A stretch of DNA of 32,000 nucleotides from Wolbachia endosymbiont of Drosophila innubila (lineage in GTDB: Bacteria; Pseudomonadota; Alphaproteobacteria; Rickettsiales; Anaplasmataceae). Shown here in pieces: positions 9,733 to 21,256 of the stretch. A program made the position numbers and the translations under genes. The notes under the pieces were generated by a model. It ran no database searches and had not been told where the DNA came from. It was given only the letters and a program-made list of their open reading frames with translations. The stretch covers positions 570,001-602,000 of the forward strand of contig NZ_CP076228.1 in the NCBI RefSeq assembly GCF_021378375.1. The letters are read 5' to 3'. The first letter of the stretch is position 1, and each line of letters starts with the position of its first letter.

Positions 9733-11057
9733 CTTACTTTCCTCGTTTTAGACTCATATTTCTTTATCCAGTTGTCGTACCTATTTGAAAAAATATAAGA
9801 TTGTATTTGCATAATAGTATCAGTAATAACGTTCACTATAATCAGTAAGCTCGTCCCACCAAAAATAAATGGTATATCATAATAATATCTCATAACTTCA
9901 GGTACAGTACATATGACTACCAAATACGCAGAGCCAATGAATGTCAACTTAAAAACTATATCTTGAAGGTAATCAGAAGTATGTTTCCCAGGTCTTCTAC
10001 CAGGTATAAAACCACCATTTTTTTTAAGAAAATCTGCGTTTTCCTCTGGATTAAATATAAAATTGGTATAGAAAAAATTAAAAAATACTATCAGCACCAA
10101 ATAGGCTACAATATATACTACTTTATTTGCCATAAAGTAATTCAAAATAAAATCAGAAAAAGCGTGCCCCTTATAGAAATTTGCAATTGAAATAGGTGTC
10201 AATAAAATTGCATTAGCAAAAATGGTTGGTACTACACCAGATAAATTAATCTTCAATGGAATATAAGTAAAATCGTCATTATGTAATCTTTTAAATTGCT
10301 TTTTAGGATGTTGAACAATAACCTTTCTATAAGAAGACTCTACAAAAATGACTAAGAGTAGCAGCAAAAAAAACAATACCAAAACAAAAAGGATAATAAA
10401 TAACGATACGCTACCGTTTTTATTTAACGTTAACAAAGATGACAAAGCGCTGTGTAACTCTGATATTATACCCGTGAAAATGATTAATGAGATACCATTG
10501 CCTATACCGCTAGCGCTAATTCGTTCACCAAGCCATATTAAAAGCATAGTTCCACCTAAAAGGCTGAAAACACCTATTGTACGAAACATAACACCAGGTT
10601 CGATTACAACCAATACCCCTTCCCTATTCATCCCTTCCAATCCAACCAAAATTGGAATTGATTGAAATACACAAATTACTATGGTCAGATAGCGTATATA
10701 AGAATTCATCTTTCTACGGCCTGACTCTCCATCATTCTTAACTTCCTTCATTCCTTTAATCGCAGAAGAAAGTAACTGAATAATGATAGAAGCCATTATA
10801 TATGGCATAACGTTCAATGCTAGAATTGTCATTCTAGCCAATGCACCACCAGAAAATAAATTAAATACTCCAAAAACGCCTGAGCCATCTTTGGGAAATA
10901 TATCATTAATTACATCAAGATTAATTCCAGGAATAGGCACATAAGTACCCAAGCGATAGCAAATTAAAGCTATTAGCGTAAAAAATATACGCTTTAATAA
11001 ATCGCCTTTATATAACAACGTAGGATCCAAGCTATTAAATGCTGATTTATTGCCCAT
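9729..11057 (-). CDS. secY: Preprotein translocase subunit SecY
   Basis: 442 aa polytopic membrane protein with ...YVPIPGI...[18 protein letters not shown] and ...[17 protein letters not shown]. Confidence 0.95.
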   Translation of the reverse strand: MGNKSAFNSLDPTLLYKGDLLKRIFFTLIALICYRLGTYVPIPGINLDVINDIFPKDGSGVFGVFNLFSGGALARMTILALNVMPYIMASIIIQLLSSAIKGMKEVKNDGESGRRKMNSYIRYLTIVICVFQSIPILVGLEGMNREGVLVVIEPGVMFRTIGVFSLLGGTMLLIWLGERISASGIGNGISLIIFTGIISELHSALSSLLTLNKNGSVSLFIILFVLVLFFLLLLLVIFVESSYRKVIVQHPKKQFKRLHNDDFTYIPLKINLSGVVPTIFANAILLTPISIANFYKGHAFSDFILNYFMANKVVYIVAYLVLIVFFNFFYTNFIFNPEENADFLKKNGGFIPGRRPGKHTSDYLQDIVFKLTFIGSAYLVVICTVPEVMRYYYDIPFIFGGTSLLIIVNVITDTIMQIQSYIFSNRYDNWIKKYESKTRKVR

Positions 11058-11060
11058 GAC

Positions 11061-11531
11061 TTACGATAGTATTTCCACACTACCACCAACTGAAGCTACA
11101 GATTTTTTTGCAGCTTCTGACGCAAAATCAACATGAAACACAAATTTTTCGCTCAACTTACCTTTATTAAGAAGTTTAATTTTATCCTTAATAGACTTTA
11201 TAAAACCTAATTTATACAGCCTCTCCTTATCTATAACAGAGTCTTTCACTATTTTTTTAGCTTCCATTAAGCGCTGTATATCGCCAACATTAATTATAGA
11301 GTATATGCTCCTACGTATAGGCTTAAAACCTCTTTTAGGCAAACGAGTATATATAGACTGTTGTCCACCCTCAAAACCATTTATAGAAACTCCACTTCTA
11401 GCCTTCTGCCCTTTATGCCCTCTACCGGATGTTTTACCTTTACCACAACCGATACCTCTACCCAGCAACTTAGGCTTCTTTTTCTTAGATAATTTAGTAA
11501 ATATAGAGTTTAATTTTACAGCATTATTCAT
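11061..11531 (-). CDS. rplO: 50S ribosomal protein L15
   Basis: GRGIGCGKGKTSGRGHKGQKARSG. Confidence 0.95.
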   Translation of the reverse strand: MNNAVKLNSIFTKLSKKKKPKLLGRGIGCGKGKTSGRGHKGQKARSGVSINGFEGGQQSIYTRLPKRGFKPIRRSIYSIINVGDIQRLMEAKKIVKDSVIDKERLYKLGFIKSIKDKIKLLNKGKLSEKFVFHVDFASEAAKKSVASVGGSVEILS

Positions 11532-11534
11532 ACT

Positions 11535-12047
11535 TTACCTGTTTCCAACTATCTCGCTAATCTTTTTGCCTCTTTTGCTTGCTACCTGACGAGGAGATAA
11601 CATACTATCAAAAGCCTTAAACACCGCACATATAACGTTATGAGGATTACTTGATCTAGTGGATTTAGCTACCACATCCTTTATACCTAACACCTCAAAA
11701 ACTGATCTAATCGCTCCACCAGCAATAATACCTGTTCCGGCTCTTGCGGTTCTTAAAACTATCTCACCAGAACAAAATTTAGCTTTAATATCATGATGCA
11801 AAGTTCTACCTTCACGCAAGTACACTCTAATCATTGATTTCTTTGCAGCATTTACAGCTTTGACTCTTGCTTCAGCAACTTCTGCGTGCTTACCTATTCC
11901 ACACCCTACCCTACCCTTCTCATCGCCAACAACAACCAAAATTGAAAATGAAAATCTTCTACCACCTTTGGTAACCGTTGTCACTCTTCGTACCGAAACT
12001 AAAAGCTCTGATAAATCATTATTATTTTGTAAATTCTTTATAGCCAT
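11535..12047 (-). CDS. rpsE: 30S ribosomal protein S5
   Basis: [27 protein letters not shown] at 12047 is preferred over the TTG at 12053. Confidence 0.93.
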   Translation of the reverse strand: MAIKNLQNNNDLSELLVSVRRVTTVTKGGRRFSFSILVVVGDEKGRVGCGIGKHAEVAEARVKAVNAAKKSMIRVYLREGRTLHHDIKAKFCSGEIVLRTARAGTGIIAGGAIRSVFEVLGIKDVVAKSTRSSNPHNVICAVFKAFDSMLSPRQVASKRGKKISEIVGNR

Positions 12048-12059
12048 ATTCAAAACCTT

Positions 12060-12431
12060 CTAAAATTCAAATCCAGAACTTCTTAAAGCCTCAGCAAATT
12101 GAGAAACTAATCCTGTGTATTTATACGCTCCACGATCAAACGTAAGCTGCTGCTCTAATTTCATGCCAGACAGACGCTCAACCATTAAAGAAGAAACCTG
12201 TTTTATAGTTTCAGCGTTGACTTTCCCTTTACATACATCCTTAATTTTAGCATCCAAAGTAGAAGCTGAAGTGAGAGTTATTCCTTTTACATCATTAATT
12301 AACTGGACATAAAAATGCCTATTAGATTTAAATATGGATATACGTAAACGTTCAGCGCTCTTGTCAAGCTTCGCTCTATTACGTAACTTCCTTTTTTCAG
12401 AATTACTTAAAAAATTATACGATCTTTTCAT
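12060..12431 (-). CDS. rplR: 50S ribosomal protein L18
   Basis: RLRISIFKSNRHFYVQLIND...FDRGAYKYTG. Confidence 0.93.
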   Translation of the reverse strand: MKRSYNFLSNSEKRKLRNRAKLDKSAERLRISIFKSNRHFYVQLINDVKGITLTSASTLDAKIKDVCKGKVNAETIKQVSSLMVERLSGMKLEQQLTFDRGAYKYTGLVSQFAEALRSSGFEF

Positions 12432-12436
12432 TTTTA

Positions 12437-12982
12437 TTACTTCTTTTTACTTACAACCTTACGCAGCATAAATTTGCCTTTTATTACAACACCCTTACCT
12501 TTATAAGGATCATATTTTCTAATTTTGCATATATCAGACGCCACCATATAGACCTTCTGCTTATCCATACCACTAACTACTAAGTGAGTTGGCTTTATGC
12601 ACTTAATCTCAACATCTTTAGGCACTTTATATTTAACATTATGGCTATAACCAAGATATAAAGTCAAATACTTACCATCACACTCTGCCTTATATCCCAC
12701 ACCGTTAATCTCAAGATTAACAGAAAAACCATCAACCATGCCGTTAATGATATTATTAATATTACTCCTATAAGTGCCCCACATAGGCTTTATTTTATCA
12801 TAATTATCTTTATCTTGATCAACAGAAAGCAATAGCTGATTATCAATAATCTGACACACAACATCCCTGATCAAGCTAACTTCCTTTTCAGCCTTAGCAC
12901 TCTTTATTAACATACTACCATTATTATATTCAACTGAAACACCAGCAGGAATATTGATAGGAGCAGCACCTATACGAGACAT
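12437..12982 (-). CDS. rplF: 50S ribosomal protein L6
   Basis: MSRIGAAPINIPAGVSV...YDPYKGKGV. Confidence 0.95.
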   Translation of the reverse strand: MSRIGAAPINIPAGVSVEYNNGSMLIKSAKAEKEVSLIRDVVCQIIDNQLLLSVDQDKDNYDKIKPMWGTYRSNINNIINGMVDGFSVNLEINGVGYKAECDGKYLTLYLGYSHNVKYKVPKDVEIKCIKPTHLVVSGMDKQKVYMVASDICKIRKYDPYKGKGVVIKGKFMLRKVVSKKK

Positions 12983-12998
12983 GAATTTCTCCTATTAT

Positions 12999-13394
12999 TT
13001 AAAATACACGACACAAAACTTCTCCACCAACCTTTAATTTATGTGCATTATAATCAGTCATCACTCCTTTGGGTGTCGATATAATAAAAATACCAAGACC
13101 ATTATATGCTTTAGAAATGTCCTTATACTTAGAATAACGACGACAACCAGGCTTTGACACCCTAACTATGTCACTAATTACAGGTGACTTCTCATAATAC
13201 TTCAATTTTACAATGAAAGAAGGTAAGTTATCTACAACTTGCTTTTCATAATCAAGGATATACCCTTCCTCTTTTAAAATCTCCAATATAGAAGAATTCA
13301 TCTTAGAAAATAGTACCCTTGTTGCCCTATGCATTGCCAATTGAGCATTACGTATCCTTGTTAAAAAATCACCAATACTATCAGATAACGCCAC
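12999..13394 (-). CDS. rpsH: 30S ribosomal protein S8
   Basis: [16 protein letters not shown]...[12 protein letters not shown] start. Confidence 0.93.
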
Positions 13395-13415
13395 AATATA
13401 CTCCTTATATTATAT

Positions 13416-13724
13416 TTACCAACTAGACTTTGTAACTCCTGGAATTTGCCCAAAAGAACATAAATCACGCAAAACAATTCTACATAAACCAAATTTTCTA
13501 TATACTCCTCTTGGTCTCCCAGTTAAAGCACACCTATTTCTAATTTTGGTTTTAGAAGAATTTCTAGGCAATTTTTTAATTAATTTATTTTGAGCTGTAA
13601 ACCTTTCTACAATAGACAAATTCTTATTATTTATTATAGATTTCAATTTTTCTCTTTTTTTTTTATATTGATCGCACAACTTTATTCTGCGAAGATTTCT
13701 TTCTATCATAGATTTTTTTGCCAT
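13416..13724 (-). CDS. rpsN: 30S ribosomal protein S14 (long form)
   Basis: [13 protein letters not shown]...[22 protein letters not shown]...KSSW. Confidence 0.95.
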   Translation of the reverse strand: MAKKSMIERNLRRIKLCDQYKKKREKLKSIINNKNLSIVERFTAQNKLIKKLPRNSSKTKIRNRCALTGRPRGVYRKFGLCRIVLRDLCSFGQIPGVTKSSW

Positions 13725-13740
13725 ATATTTCTCCTCTCAA

Positions 13741-14274
13741 TTAATCAAAAAAAGGAAATTTAAGAGCCAGTAATAATTCCTTTGCTTCCTTATCACTAAC
13801 TGCACTTGTTATAATATTAATATCCATACCTCTAATTTTACTTATTTTATCATAGTCTATTTCTAAAAACGAGATATGTTCCTTTATACCAAAGGAAAAA
13901 TTACCATTACCGTCAAATTGCTTCACACTAAATCCTCTAAAATCTTTTTCCCTTGGCAAAGCAATATATATCAATCTTTCTAAAAACTCATACATTTTAT
14001 CTCTACGCAAAGTTACTTTGCAACCTACTGTAGCACCTTTTCTGATCTTGAAGCCAGAAATAGATTTTTTTGCAAAAGTTGATAAAGGCTTCTGCCCAGC
14101 AATCAAATATAGGCTATCAAGTGGTTCATTTATTGCTTTACTATCTGTAGCAGCATCTCCAATGCCCATATTGATACACACCTTGACAAGTTTAGGCACT
14201 TGCATTATATTGCCGTAATTAAACTTATCCTTCAAGGACTTTACTATGCTATCTTTATACAATTCTTTAAACAT
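13741..14274 (-). CDS. rplE: 50S ribosomal protein L5
   Basis: [16 protein letters not shown]...[17 protein letters not shown]. Confidence 0.95.
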   Translation of the reverse strand: MFKELYKDSIVKSLKDKFNYGNIMQVPKLVKVCINMGIGDAATDSKAINEPLDSLYLIAGQKPLSTFAKKSISGFKIRKGATVGCKVTLRRDKMYEFLERLIYIALPREKDFRGFSVKQFDGNGNFSFGIKEHISFLEIDYDKISKIRGMDINIITSAVSDKEAKELLLALKFPFFD

Positions 14275-14280
14275 ATCAAC

Positions 14281-14598
14281 CTAATCTATCACTTCTCCAG
14301 AAACTTTTGCAAAACGCACTTTTCTACCGTCTATAACCTTAAACCCCACTCTAGTTGGAGTTTTATATTTAGGGTCCAATGTTGCAACGTTGGATATATC
14401 AATAGCTAACTCTTTATTTAATATATCACCACTACTACCAGCTTTTGGTTTAGTATGTCTCTTATGCACATTCACTCCAGAAACAATTACTTTCTTTTTA
14501 GCATCACGTGCTATAACTTTGATTACCTTACCAATTTTTCCCTTATCTTTACCAGTTAAAACTATAACGTCGTCACCACTTTTTATTTTAGCACTCAT
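14281..14598 (-). CDS. rplX: 50S ribosomal protein L24
   Basis: [21 protein letters not shown] (KOW motif). Confidence 0.93.
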   Translation of the reverse strand: MSAKIKSGDDVIVLTGKDKGKIGKVIKVIARDAKKKVIVSGVNVHKRHTKPKAGSSGDILNKELAIDISNVATLDPKYKTPTRVGFKVIDGRKVRFAKVSGEVID

Positions 14599-14957
14599 TA
14601 TAAAACCTCAACAGCTAATGACATTATCTTCATAAAAGAACCAGATGATAACTTTTTTACCGGACCAAACACCCGAGTGCCAAATGGTTCACCTTGATCG
14701 TTAATCAAAACTACAGCATTGCTAGAAAAACGAATTACAGAACCATCAGATTTCCTAATAGGGCTTTTCACCCTCACCACAACTGCTCTATATACTTTTC
14801 CCTTCTCAACTTTCCCTCTTGGAGTAATGGATTTAGTAGATACAATAACTGTGTCACCTATAGATGCAGACTTTCTACCACCCAATAAACCAATACAAAG
14901 CACTGCACGCGCGCCAGAATTATCAGCTACTTCCAACAATGTATTTTTTTGAATCAT
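14598..14957 (-). CDS. rplN: 50S ribosomal protein L14
   Basis: [17 protein letters not shown]...AVVVR. Confidence 0.95.
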   Translation of the reverse strand: MIQKNTLLEVADNSGARAVLCIGLLGGRKSASIGDTVIVSTKSITPRGKVEKGKVYRAVVVRVKSPIRKSDGSVIRFSSNAVVLINDQGEPFGTRVFGPVKKLSSGSFMKIMSLAVEVL

Positions 14958-14970
14958 ATAAATATCCTAT

Positions 14971-15207
14971 TCAATGTGAGCTATTAACAATAACCCATTT
15001 TTTAGTAGTAGAAATAGGCTTGTGTTCTTGTATTAAAACCTTGTCCCCTTCTTTACAACTATTATTCTCATCATGTGCTGTATACTTCTTGTATTTTTTT
15101 ATAACCTTTTTATACAGCTCATCCTTATACACTTGTAATACCGAAACCTTTACAGTCTTATCACACTTAGCCTTAGTTACAGTACCACAAAAAACCTTTT
15201 TAGGCAT
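14971..15207 (-). CDS. rpsQ: 30S ribosomal protein S17
   Basis: GTVTKAKCDKTVKVSV...KYTAHDENN. Overlaps the rpmC stop. Confidence 0.93.
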   Translation of the reverse strand: MPKKVFCGTVTKAKCDKTVKVSVLQVYKDELYKKVIKKYKKYTAHDENNSCKEGDKVLIQEHKPISTTKKWVIVNSSH

Positions 15208-15403
15208 TCTTTTCCTCTCTTCTTCTTTTATTTAATGTAGTTAAAATACGAGCTATGCTCTTTCTTATTAAGCTAAAACGCGAAATATTGTTGCACTGGC
15301 CCAGCTTCTTTTGAAAAACCAAATTAACAAACTCTTTTCTCAAATTCACAAGAATTTCATGCAATTCTTGCGAAGACCTCGATTCAATGTCAGCTATATC
15401 CAT
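15200..15403 (-). CDS. rpmC: 50S ribosomal protein L29
   Basis: 67 aa, ...SSQELHEILVNLRKEFVNLVFQK, located between rplP and rpsQ. Confidence 0.9.
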   Translation of the reverse strand: MDIADIESRSSQELHEILVNLRKEFVNLVFQKKLGQCNNISRFSLIRKSIARILTTLNKRRREEKNA

Positions 15404-15414
15404 TGCAACTCCAT

Positions 15415-15828
15415 TTAATTATGATTAGATACAAATTTACACTTCATAGGAAGCTTAGCAGTTGCCTTTTCAAGCGCCAATCTTGCTAAATGCATGGGAA
15501 CATCACTGCTAATTTCAAACAACATTCTACCGGGCTTAGCTTTAAATACCCAAAACTCAACACTACCTTTCCCTTTACCCATACGCACATCCGCCGGCTT
15601 TTTACTAACAGGGATATCAGGAAAAATTCTTATCCACACTTTACCAGAGCGTTTTAATGTTCTAGATATTACACGCCTTGCAGTTTCAATATGCTTAGAT
15701 TGAATCCTACCTGCTTCCATAGCCTTTAGACCATAATCCCCAAAAGATAATGTGCTACCACCTTTCGTGTTACCCTTAATTCGTCCTTTAAATACTTTTT
15801 TATATTTACTTTTTTTAGGAATAAACAT
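15415..15828 (-). CDS. rplP: 50S ribosomal protein L16
   Basis: [19 protein letters not shown]...[13 protein letters not shown]. Confidence 0.95.
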   Translation of the reverse strand: MFIPKKSKYKKVFKGRIKGNTKGGSTLSFGDYGLKAMEAGRIQSKHIETARRVISRTLKRSGKVWIRIFPDIPVSKKPADVRMGKGKGSVEFWVFKAKPGRMLFEISSDVPMHLARLALEKATAKLPMKCKFVSNHN

Positions 15829-15842
15829 TTCAATATACCTAA

Positions 15843-16457
15843 TTAGTTACCAATATAAACCCAGACCTTAACTCCTATGATGCCATATATAGTTTTTGCT
15901 TCAGCAAAAGCATAATCTATATTAGCACGTAAAGTATGCAAAGGCAAACGGCCTTCTTTATACCACTCAGTACGAGCTATCTCAGCTCCGCCAAGGCGCC
16001 CAGAACAACTTACTTTAATACCTCTAGCACCCATCCTCAAACAACTTTGAATAGCTTTTTTCATCGCTCTTCTAAATGAAACCCTTTTTTCTAACTGCTG
16101 TGCAATGCTGTTTGATATTAAAACTGCATCTATTTCAGACCTTTTAACCCCTACTACATTCACTTCCACATTATTTTTTACTTTTTCAGCTATCTTTTGC
16201 TTTATCTTCTCAATATCCGAGCCTTTCTTACCTATTATCACTCCAGGTCTAGAAGAATGTATTATTACAGATACCAAATCGATCGTACGCTCTATAATTA
16301 CTTTAGAAACACCAGCATGCTTAAAAGATTCATTTATATAACTGCGAATAGATAAATCTTGATGCAACCCTTGTTTATAACCCTTCTCAGCATACCAAAT
16401 AGATGACCAAGTATTAATTATTTTTAACCTAAATCCTTTAGGATTAACGTTTCCCAT
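15843..16457 (-). CDS. rpsC: 30S ribosomal protein S3
   Basis: [11 protein letters not shown]...[30 protein letters not shown]. Confidence 0.95.
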   Translation of the reverse strand: MGNVNPKGFRLKIINTWSSIWYAEKGYKQGLHQDLSIRSYINESFKHAGVSKVIIERTIDLVSVIIHSSRPGVIIGKKGSDIEKIKQKIAEKVKNNVEVNVVGVKRSEIDAVLISNSIAQQLEKRVSFRRAMKKAIQSCLRMGARGIKVSCSGRLGGAEIARTEWYKEGRLPLHTLRANIDYAFAEAKTIYGIIGVKVWVYIGN

Positions 16458-16496
16458 ATTTTTGCACTTTCCTTATTAATTTTCTATTTTTATGAA

Positions 16497-16844
16497 TCAT
16501 ATAATTTCCCCCAACTTTACAGTTATATTACTATAACGTTTACTAACTCTATTAGCTCTACCCATAGCTTTTGGACATACCCTACGCAAAGTAAGAGACT
16601 TACCTATTAAAATTTCTTTTATATATAAATTATCGATATCCAATCCATAATTTTGAGCATTAGCAATCGCAGAATTTAATACCTTCCTTATAAGACCTGC
16701 AGCTTTCTTTTCACAAAATCTTAATTGCACAGTGGCAAAAGAAACTTTTTTATTACGTACTAAACCAGCAACCAAATTCAATTTACGAGGAGTTGATTTT
16801 AAAACCCTAGAACCAGCTTTAACTATTACATCTCTGTTTTTCAT
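16497..16844 (-). CDS. rplV: 50S ribosomal protein L22
   Basis: 115 aa, ...[17 protein letters not shown]...[17 protein letters not shown]. Confidence 0.93.
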   Translation of the reverse strand: MKNRDVIVKAGSRVLKSTPRKLNLVAGLVRNKKVSFATVQLRFCEKKAAGLIRKVLNSAIANAQNYGLDIDNLYIKEILIGKSLTLRRVCPKAMGRANRVSKRYSNITVKLGEII

Positions 16845-16849
16845 ATCAA

Positions 16850-17134
16850 TTACCTTCTTGTCGCCTTTTTATCACCACTATGCCCAGTAAATTTACGAGT
16901 GGGTGAAAACTCACCAAACTTATGACCTATCATATTCTGATCATTAACATTCACAGGAATGTAATCCTTACCATTATAAACAGCAAACTTTAAACCTAAA
17001 CAATTAGGAAGAATTACAGAGGCCCTGGAATGAACTTTTATAGCCATGTTAACAAACCCCTTGTTTAAAGCATTATTCACCGACTTTAATATAGAAGGAT
17101 GACAAAAAGGAGGCTTCCATGCAGATCTACTCAT
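16850..17134 (-). CDS. rpsS: 30S ribosomal protein S19
   Basis: [10 protein letters not shown]...[12 protein letters not shown]...[16 protein letters not shown]. Confidence 0.95.
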   Translation of the reverse strand: MSRSAWKPPFCHPSILKSVNNALNKGFVNMAIKVHSRASVILPNCLGLKFAVYNGKDYIPVNVNDQNMIGHKFGEFSPTRKFTGHSGDKKATRR

Positions 17135-17137
17135 AAA

Positions 17138-17962
17138 CTAACCTTTCAATTGTTTTATATACTTATCACTAGATTTATTTCTCCTTCGAGTTTTCTTTCC
17201 TTTTGTTGCAACACCCCAAGGAGTAACAGGATGACGACCACCAGAGGTTTTTCCTTCCCCGCCTCCATGAGGATGATCAACTGGATTCATTGCAACTCCA
17301 CGTACAGTAGGTCTAATCCCAAGCCACCTACTTCTCCCAGCTTTACCCAACTTTCTATTCTTATGGTCAGGATTAGATACTACACCAATAGTAGCCTTGC
17401 AAGAAGATAAAATCAACCTAATTTGACCAGACCTGAGTCGTAATAAAACATATTGGCCATCACGACCAACGATTTGTGCATAACAACCAGCAGCTCTAGC
17501 AATCGCAGCACCATTACCTGGCTTCAGCTCAACATTATGAACGAAAGAACCAACAGGTATATGCTTGAGTAGTAAACAATTCCCTGGCAAAATATCAGCA
17601 TCATTCCCAGCTGTAACAACATCACCTGGCTTCATACCTTGAGGAGCTAATATATAAGACTTAATATCATCTTCCTTATATGATATTAACGCCAAAAACC
17701 CACTTCTATTTGGGTCATACTCTATTTTTTCAACTATACCTTGACCACTTCTATTACGCTTAAAATCTATCACTCTATACTTCTTTTTGTGACCACCACC
17801 CCTATGACGAGTTGTAATTCTACCATGATTATTTCTTCCACCACTGGACTTTTTACCGGATGTAAGAGACTTTTCTGGCTCATCTTTTGATAAACCAACT
17901 TTACTTACTAACACAGTCCCACGAGAAGACGGAGTAACAGGATTAAAAAATTTCATACCCAT
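17138..17962 (-). CDS. rplB: 50S ribosomal protein L2
   Basis: 274 aa, ...[30 protein letters not shown]. Confidence 0.95.
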   Translation of the reverse strand: MGMKFFNPVTPSSRGTVLVSKVGLSKDEPEKSLTSGKKSSGGRNNHGRITTRHRGGGHKKKYRVIDFKRNRSGQGIVEKIEYDPNRSGFLALISYKEDDIKSYILAPQGMKPGDVVTAGNDADILPGNCLLLKHIPVGSFVHNVELKPGNGAAIARAAGCYAQIVGRDGQYVLLRLRSGQIRLILSSCKATIGVVSNPDHKNRKLGKAGRSRWLGIRPTVRGVAMNPVDHPHGGGEGKTSGGRHPVTPWGVATKGKKTRRRNKSSDKYIKQLKG

Positions 17963-17963
17963 A

Positions 17964-18251
17964 CTAAACGCTCATTATATCTAATTTTTGACCATCCATC
18001 AAAGAAAAATAAACTTTCTTTTTCTGTTTTTCACAACCAACCACACCCCTAAAACGCCTATATTTAGGCTTAATTCTAACAACATTTATAGAAGAAATTT
18101 TAACATCAAATAGAGACTCTATTGCCAACTTTATTTGACGCTTATTTACATTTACAAAAACATACAAAGAATATTTATTAAACTTCTCCCTCAAAAAAGA
18201 GGCCTTTTCTGTAATTATAGAAGATTTTATTATATTATTATATTTGATCAT
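17964..18251 (-). CDS. rplW: 50S ribosomal protein L23
   Basis: 95 aa, ...IITEKASFL...[22 protein letters not shown]. Overlaps the rplD stop. Confidence 0.9.
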   Translation of the reverse strand: MIKYNNIIKSSIITEKASFLREKFNKYSLYVFVNVNKRQIKLAIESLFDVKISSINVVRIKPKYRRFRGVVGCEKQKKKVYFSLMDGQKLDIMSV

Positions 18252-18862
18252 AACAATCTACCTTCAAGATGCTTTAAAGTATCTTTTGTCAACATCACGC
18301 ATTCGTGATTCAATATATCAAAAACATTTAACCCAATAGGTTTGATTAAGTCTACATAGTGCAAGTTTTTAGCCGCACGCAACAAATCATCTCCATAATC
18401 ACCAACTATCAAAAAGGAAGAAAATTTAAAATTTTTAATACATTTACACATTTCAGACGTTTTCTTCACATCAATATTTAAATTATCCAGAATAATTACT
18501 TGATTATTTAAATACTTTAGAGATAAAGCAATTTTTAAACCAAATTTGCGTACCTTCTTATTAAGAGAATAAGTATGACTCCTCACAACAGGGCCGAAAA
18601 TAATCCCACCACCTCTAAATTGAGGAGATCGCAAGCTCCCTTGTCTTGCCCTACCGGTACGTTTTTGACCATAAGGTTTAGCTGTTGTACCAGAGACATC
18701 ACTAATACCTTTTGTTTTATGAGTACCAGCTCTTCTCTTCGCTAATTGCCATCTCACTATATCATGCAAAATACTCAATTTTTGCTTAGCAGAAAATATC
18801 AAAGGATTGAGCTGAGCAGTACCTACATTATCATTAGATAGATTAACTAAATTACATTCCAT
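18248..18862 (-). CDS. rplD: 50S ribosomal protein L4
   Basis: ...KPYGQKRTGRARQGSLRSPQFRGGGIIFGP. Confidence 0.95.
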   Translation of the reverse strand: MECNLVNLSNDNVGTAQLNPLIFSAKQKLSILHDIVRWQLAKRRAGTHKTKGISDVSGTTAKPYGQKRTGRARQGSLRSPQFRGGGIIFGPVVRSHTYSLNKKVRKFGLKIALSLKYLNNQVIILDNLNIDVKKTSEMCKCIKNFKFSSFLIVGDYGDDLLRAAKNLHYVDLIKPIGLNVFDILNHECVMLTKDTLKHLEGRLL

Positions 18863-18864
18863 AA

Positions 18865-19587
18865 CTAACTTACCAAATTACTAGCATCATCATTTATATC
18901 TAACAGTAAACCTACCGGAAAAGGAACATCTTTATGTAAAGATTTTTTAACTGCATCTCTTACAAAAACATAGGAATTTTTAAACCCAGGAACATTATTA
19001 CCCTTCACAGCAATTATACTATTTTCATGATCAATGGATAATATCTTCATATTTTGTGCAGTTATCCTGCTGTTACCTAAATGACCAGCCATTTTCTTTC
19101 CTTTGAATACTCTACCAGGATCCTGACATTGGCCAGTGGAACCTTGTGATCTGTGAGCAATAGAAACACCATGAGATGCCCTAAGCCCACTGAAATTATG
19201 CCGCTTCATCACACCAGCAAATCCTTTACCTATAGAATAACCCGTAATATCAAGATATTGACCAACCACAAAATGATTGATTCCCACTTTTTTACCACAT
19301 TCTATTCCCGACAGGTCATTTAATCTACTTTCGTATAACTTACATTTATTATTTATACCCTTTTTCTTTAAATATTCCAACTGAGGTTTTGCTATATTTT
19401 TAAAATCTCCTGTGCCTAAAATGACTGAATTATAGCCACATTTATCTTGTCCTTTTATATCAATAATATGAGTTTCGCTGAGATGCAATAAAGTTACAGC
19501 CATGCGACTATTGTCAGAATACATAGCAGTATGACCAATATTCATCATTAGCAAACCAATTCTCCTCAGCGAATTTATTCTCTTCAT
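18865..19587 (-). CDS. rplC: 50S ribosomal protein L3
   Basis: ...GKGFAGVMKRHNFSGLRASHGVSIAHRSQGSTG...PGRVFKGKKMAGH. ATG with an upstream GGAGAAGGA. Confidence 0.93.
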   Translation of the reverse strand: MKRINSLRRIGLLMMNIGHTAMYSDNSRMAVTLLHLSETHIIDIKGQDKCGYNSVILGTGDFKNIAKPQLEYLKKKGINNKCKLYESRLNDLSGIECGKKVGINHFVVGQYLDITGYSIGKGFAGVMKRHNFSGLRASHGVSIAHRSQGSTGQCQDPGRVFKGKKMAGHLGNSRITAQNMKILSIDHENSIIAVKGNNVPGFKNSYVFVRDAVKKSLHKDVPFPVGLLLDINDDASNLVS

Positions 19588-19596
19588 TTCCTTCTC

Positions 19597-19917
19597 CTAA
19601 ACCTTAACTTCCTTGACTTTTAAATCCACTTCTACGCCAGCAGAAAAAGATAAACCTGTAAGCATCTGCATCATAGTAGGAGTAAGATCATGTAAAACAA
19701 TCAAACGCCTAGAAGTTCTCATTTCAAACTGTTCACGAGATTTTTTATCAACGTGAGGAGATCTATTAACAATAAATTTAGAATCTTTCCTTGGCAACGC
19801 AATCGGACCAGATAATTTTGCACTGGACCGCTTTAATTCATCAACAAATTTTCGAATACACTCCTCCAATAAAGAACAATCGAAAGCCTTAATGTTAATA
19901 TATATATCTTGCTTCAT
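19597..19917 (-). CDS. rpsJ: 30S ribosomal protein S10
   Basis: MKQDIYINIKAFD...GPIALPRK aligns to the S10 N-terminus. ATG at 19917 is preferred over the GTG at 19935 that would overlap tuf. Confidence 0.93.
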   Translation of the reverse strand: MKQDIYINIKAFDCSLLEECIRKFVDELKRSSAKLSGPIALPRKDSKFIVNRSPHVDKKSREQFEMRTSRRLIVLHDLTPTMMQMLTGLSFSAGVEVDLKVKEVKV

Positions 19918-19931
19918 CTTAGTTACTACAC

Positions 19932-21103
19932 TCACTCCAAAATTTCAGAAACAACACCAGAACCAACAGTTCTACCGCCTTCTCTTATCGCAAAACGCAA
20001 TCCCTTATCCATTGCTATCGGTACTTGCAATTCTACTTCTACACTCACATTATCTCCTGGCATTACCATCTCCTTCCCATCTAGCAATTTTATGCTCCCA
20101 GTTACATCCGTTGTCCTTAAATAAAACTGTGGCTGGTAATTCGCAAAAAATGGTGTATGCCTTCCTCCTTCCTCTTTCTTTAATATATAAACCTCCGCCT
20201 TAAACTTTCTATGCGGTGTTATCGTCCCCGGTTTCGCTAATACTTGCCCTCTCTCCACTTCTTCTCTTTTTGTTCCTCTTAACAATATTCCTACATTGAG
20301 TCCTGCACTTCCCTTATCCAGCAACTTCTTAAACATCTCAACACCTGTGCATATCGTCTTTTGCGTCGCTTTCAGACCTATTATCTCTATCTCTTCTCCC
20401 GTCTTTATCTCTCCCTTCTCTATTCTTCCTGTTACCACTGTTCCTCGCCCCGATATCGAAAATACATCTTCGATTGGCAATAAAATGGTAAATCCACAGG
20501 CCTTGGTGGAACCGCTACATATTCATCTAACTTTTCCATCAATTTATCTATTGATTTCTTTCCATATTCGCTGCTGTCATCCTCCAGCGCCTTGAGCGCT
20601 GAACCAACCACCACAAGCACTTCATCCCCTGGAAATCCGTATTTACTCAGTAATTCCCTCACTTCCATTTCTACTAAATCTATCATATCAGCATCAGCAA
20701 CATCAGCTTTATTTATATACACCACGATATATCCAACACCTACCTGCTTCGCCAGCAATATATGCTCTCTCGTTTGTGGCATTGGCCCATCAACCCCCGA
20801 CACTACCAATATCGCCGCATCCATCTGTGCTGCACCTACTATCATGTTCTTTACATAGTCAGCGTGTCCAGGACAATCAACGTGTGCATAATGCCTTTTC
20901 TCTGTCTGATACTCAACATGCGCTGTTGCTATCGTTATCCCCCTCTTCCTTTCTTCTGGCGCTTTGTCTATCTGATCGTACGCTACAAAATTTCCATAAT
21001 GCTTCGTTATCGCCGCTGTTAACGTCGTCTTTCCATGATCCACATGTCCTATTGTTCCCACATTTACATGCGGCTTTCCAAATGCTTCCACTATTGCTGT
21101 CAT
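19932..21103 (-). pseudogene. tuf: Elongation factor Tu, reading frame broken once (ORFs 20432-21103 and 19932-20480)
   Basis: The N-terminal ORF has [18 protein letters not shown] and SAL. The C-terminal ORF starts at ...[21 protein letters not shown]. The frames meet at TTACCATTTTATTGCCAATC (minus strand); one extra T would give ...[12 protein letters not shown]... and a 390-aa protein. Confidence 0.9.
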
Positions 21104-21181
21104 AATTTAAACTTTTCTACCTAAAATACAAATACATCAATAAATAATATGTTGATTTTATAAAAATACAACAAAAAAAAG

Positions 21182-21252
21182 AGCGGATAGTGGGAATCGA
21201 ACCCACGTCACTAGCTTGGAAGGCTAGAGCTCTACCATTGAGCTATACCCGC
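21182..21252 (-). tRNA. tRNA-Gly (anticodon UCC)
   Basis: The minus strand reads GCGGGTATAGCTCAATGGTAGAGCTCTAGCCTTCCAAGCTAGTGACGTGGGTTCGATTCCCACTATCCGCT. Acceptor, D, anticodon (CTAGC/GCTAG, loop CTTCCAA) and T arms fold by eye. CCA is not encoded. Confidence 0.9.
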
Positions 21253-21256
21253 ACAA

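Noticed and set aside
6727-19917. Absence of rpmD (L30), rpmJ (L36), infA and rpsD from the spc/alpha region, and presence of adk after secY.
   Set aside because: This gene content and order is the usual one for Rickettsiales and many Alphaproteobacteria. The gaps between neighbouring genes (4-60 bp) leave no room for decayed copies.
20470-20495. Programmed -1 ribosomal frameshift in tuf.
   Set aside because: CCA TTT T is not a good X XXY YYZ slippery heptamer, and I see no downstream stimulatory structure. No EF-Tu is known to require recoding. A homopolymer indel, real or artefactual, is far more parsimonious.
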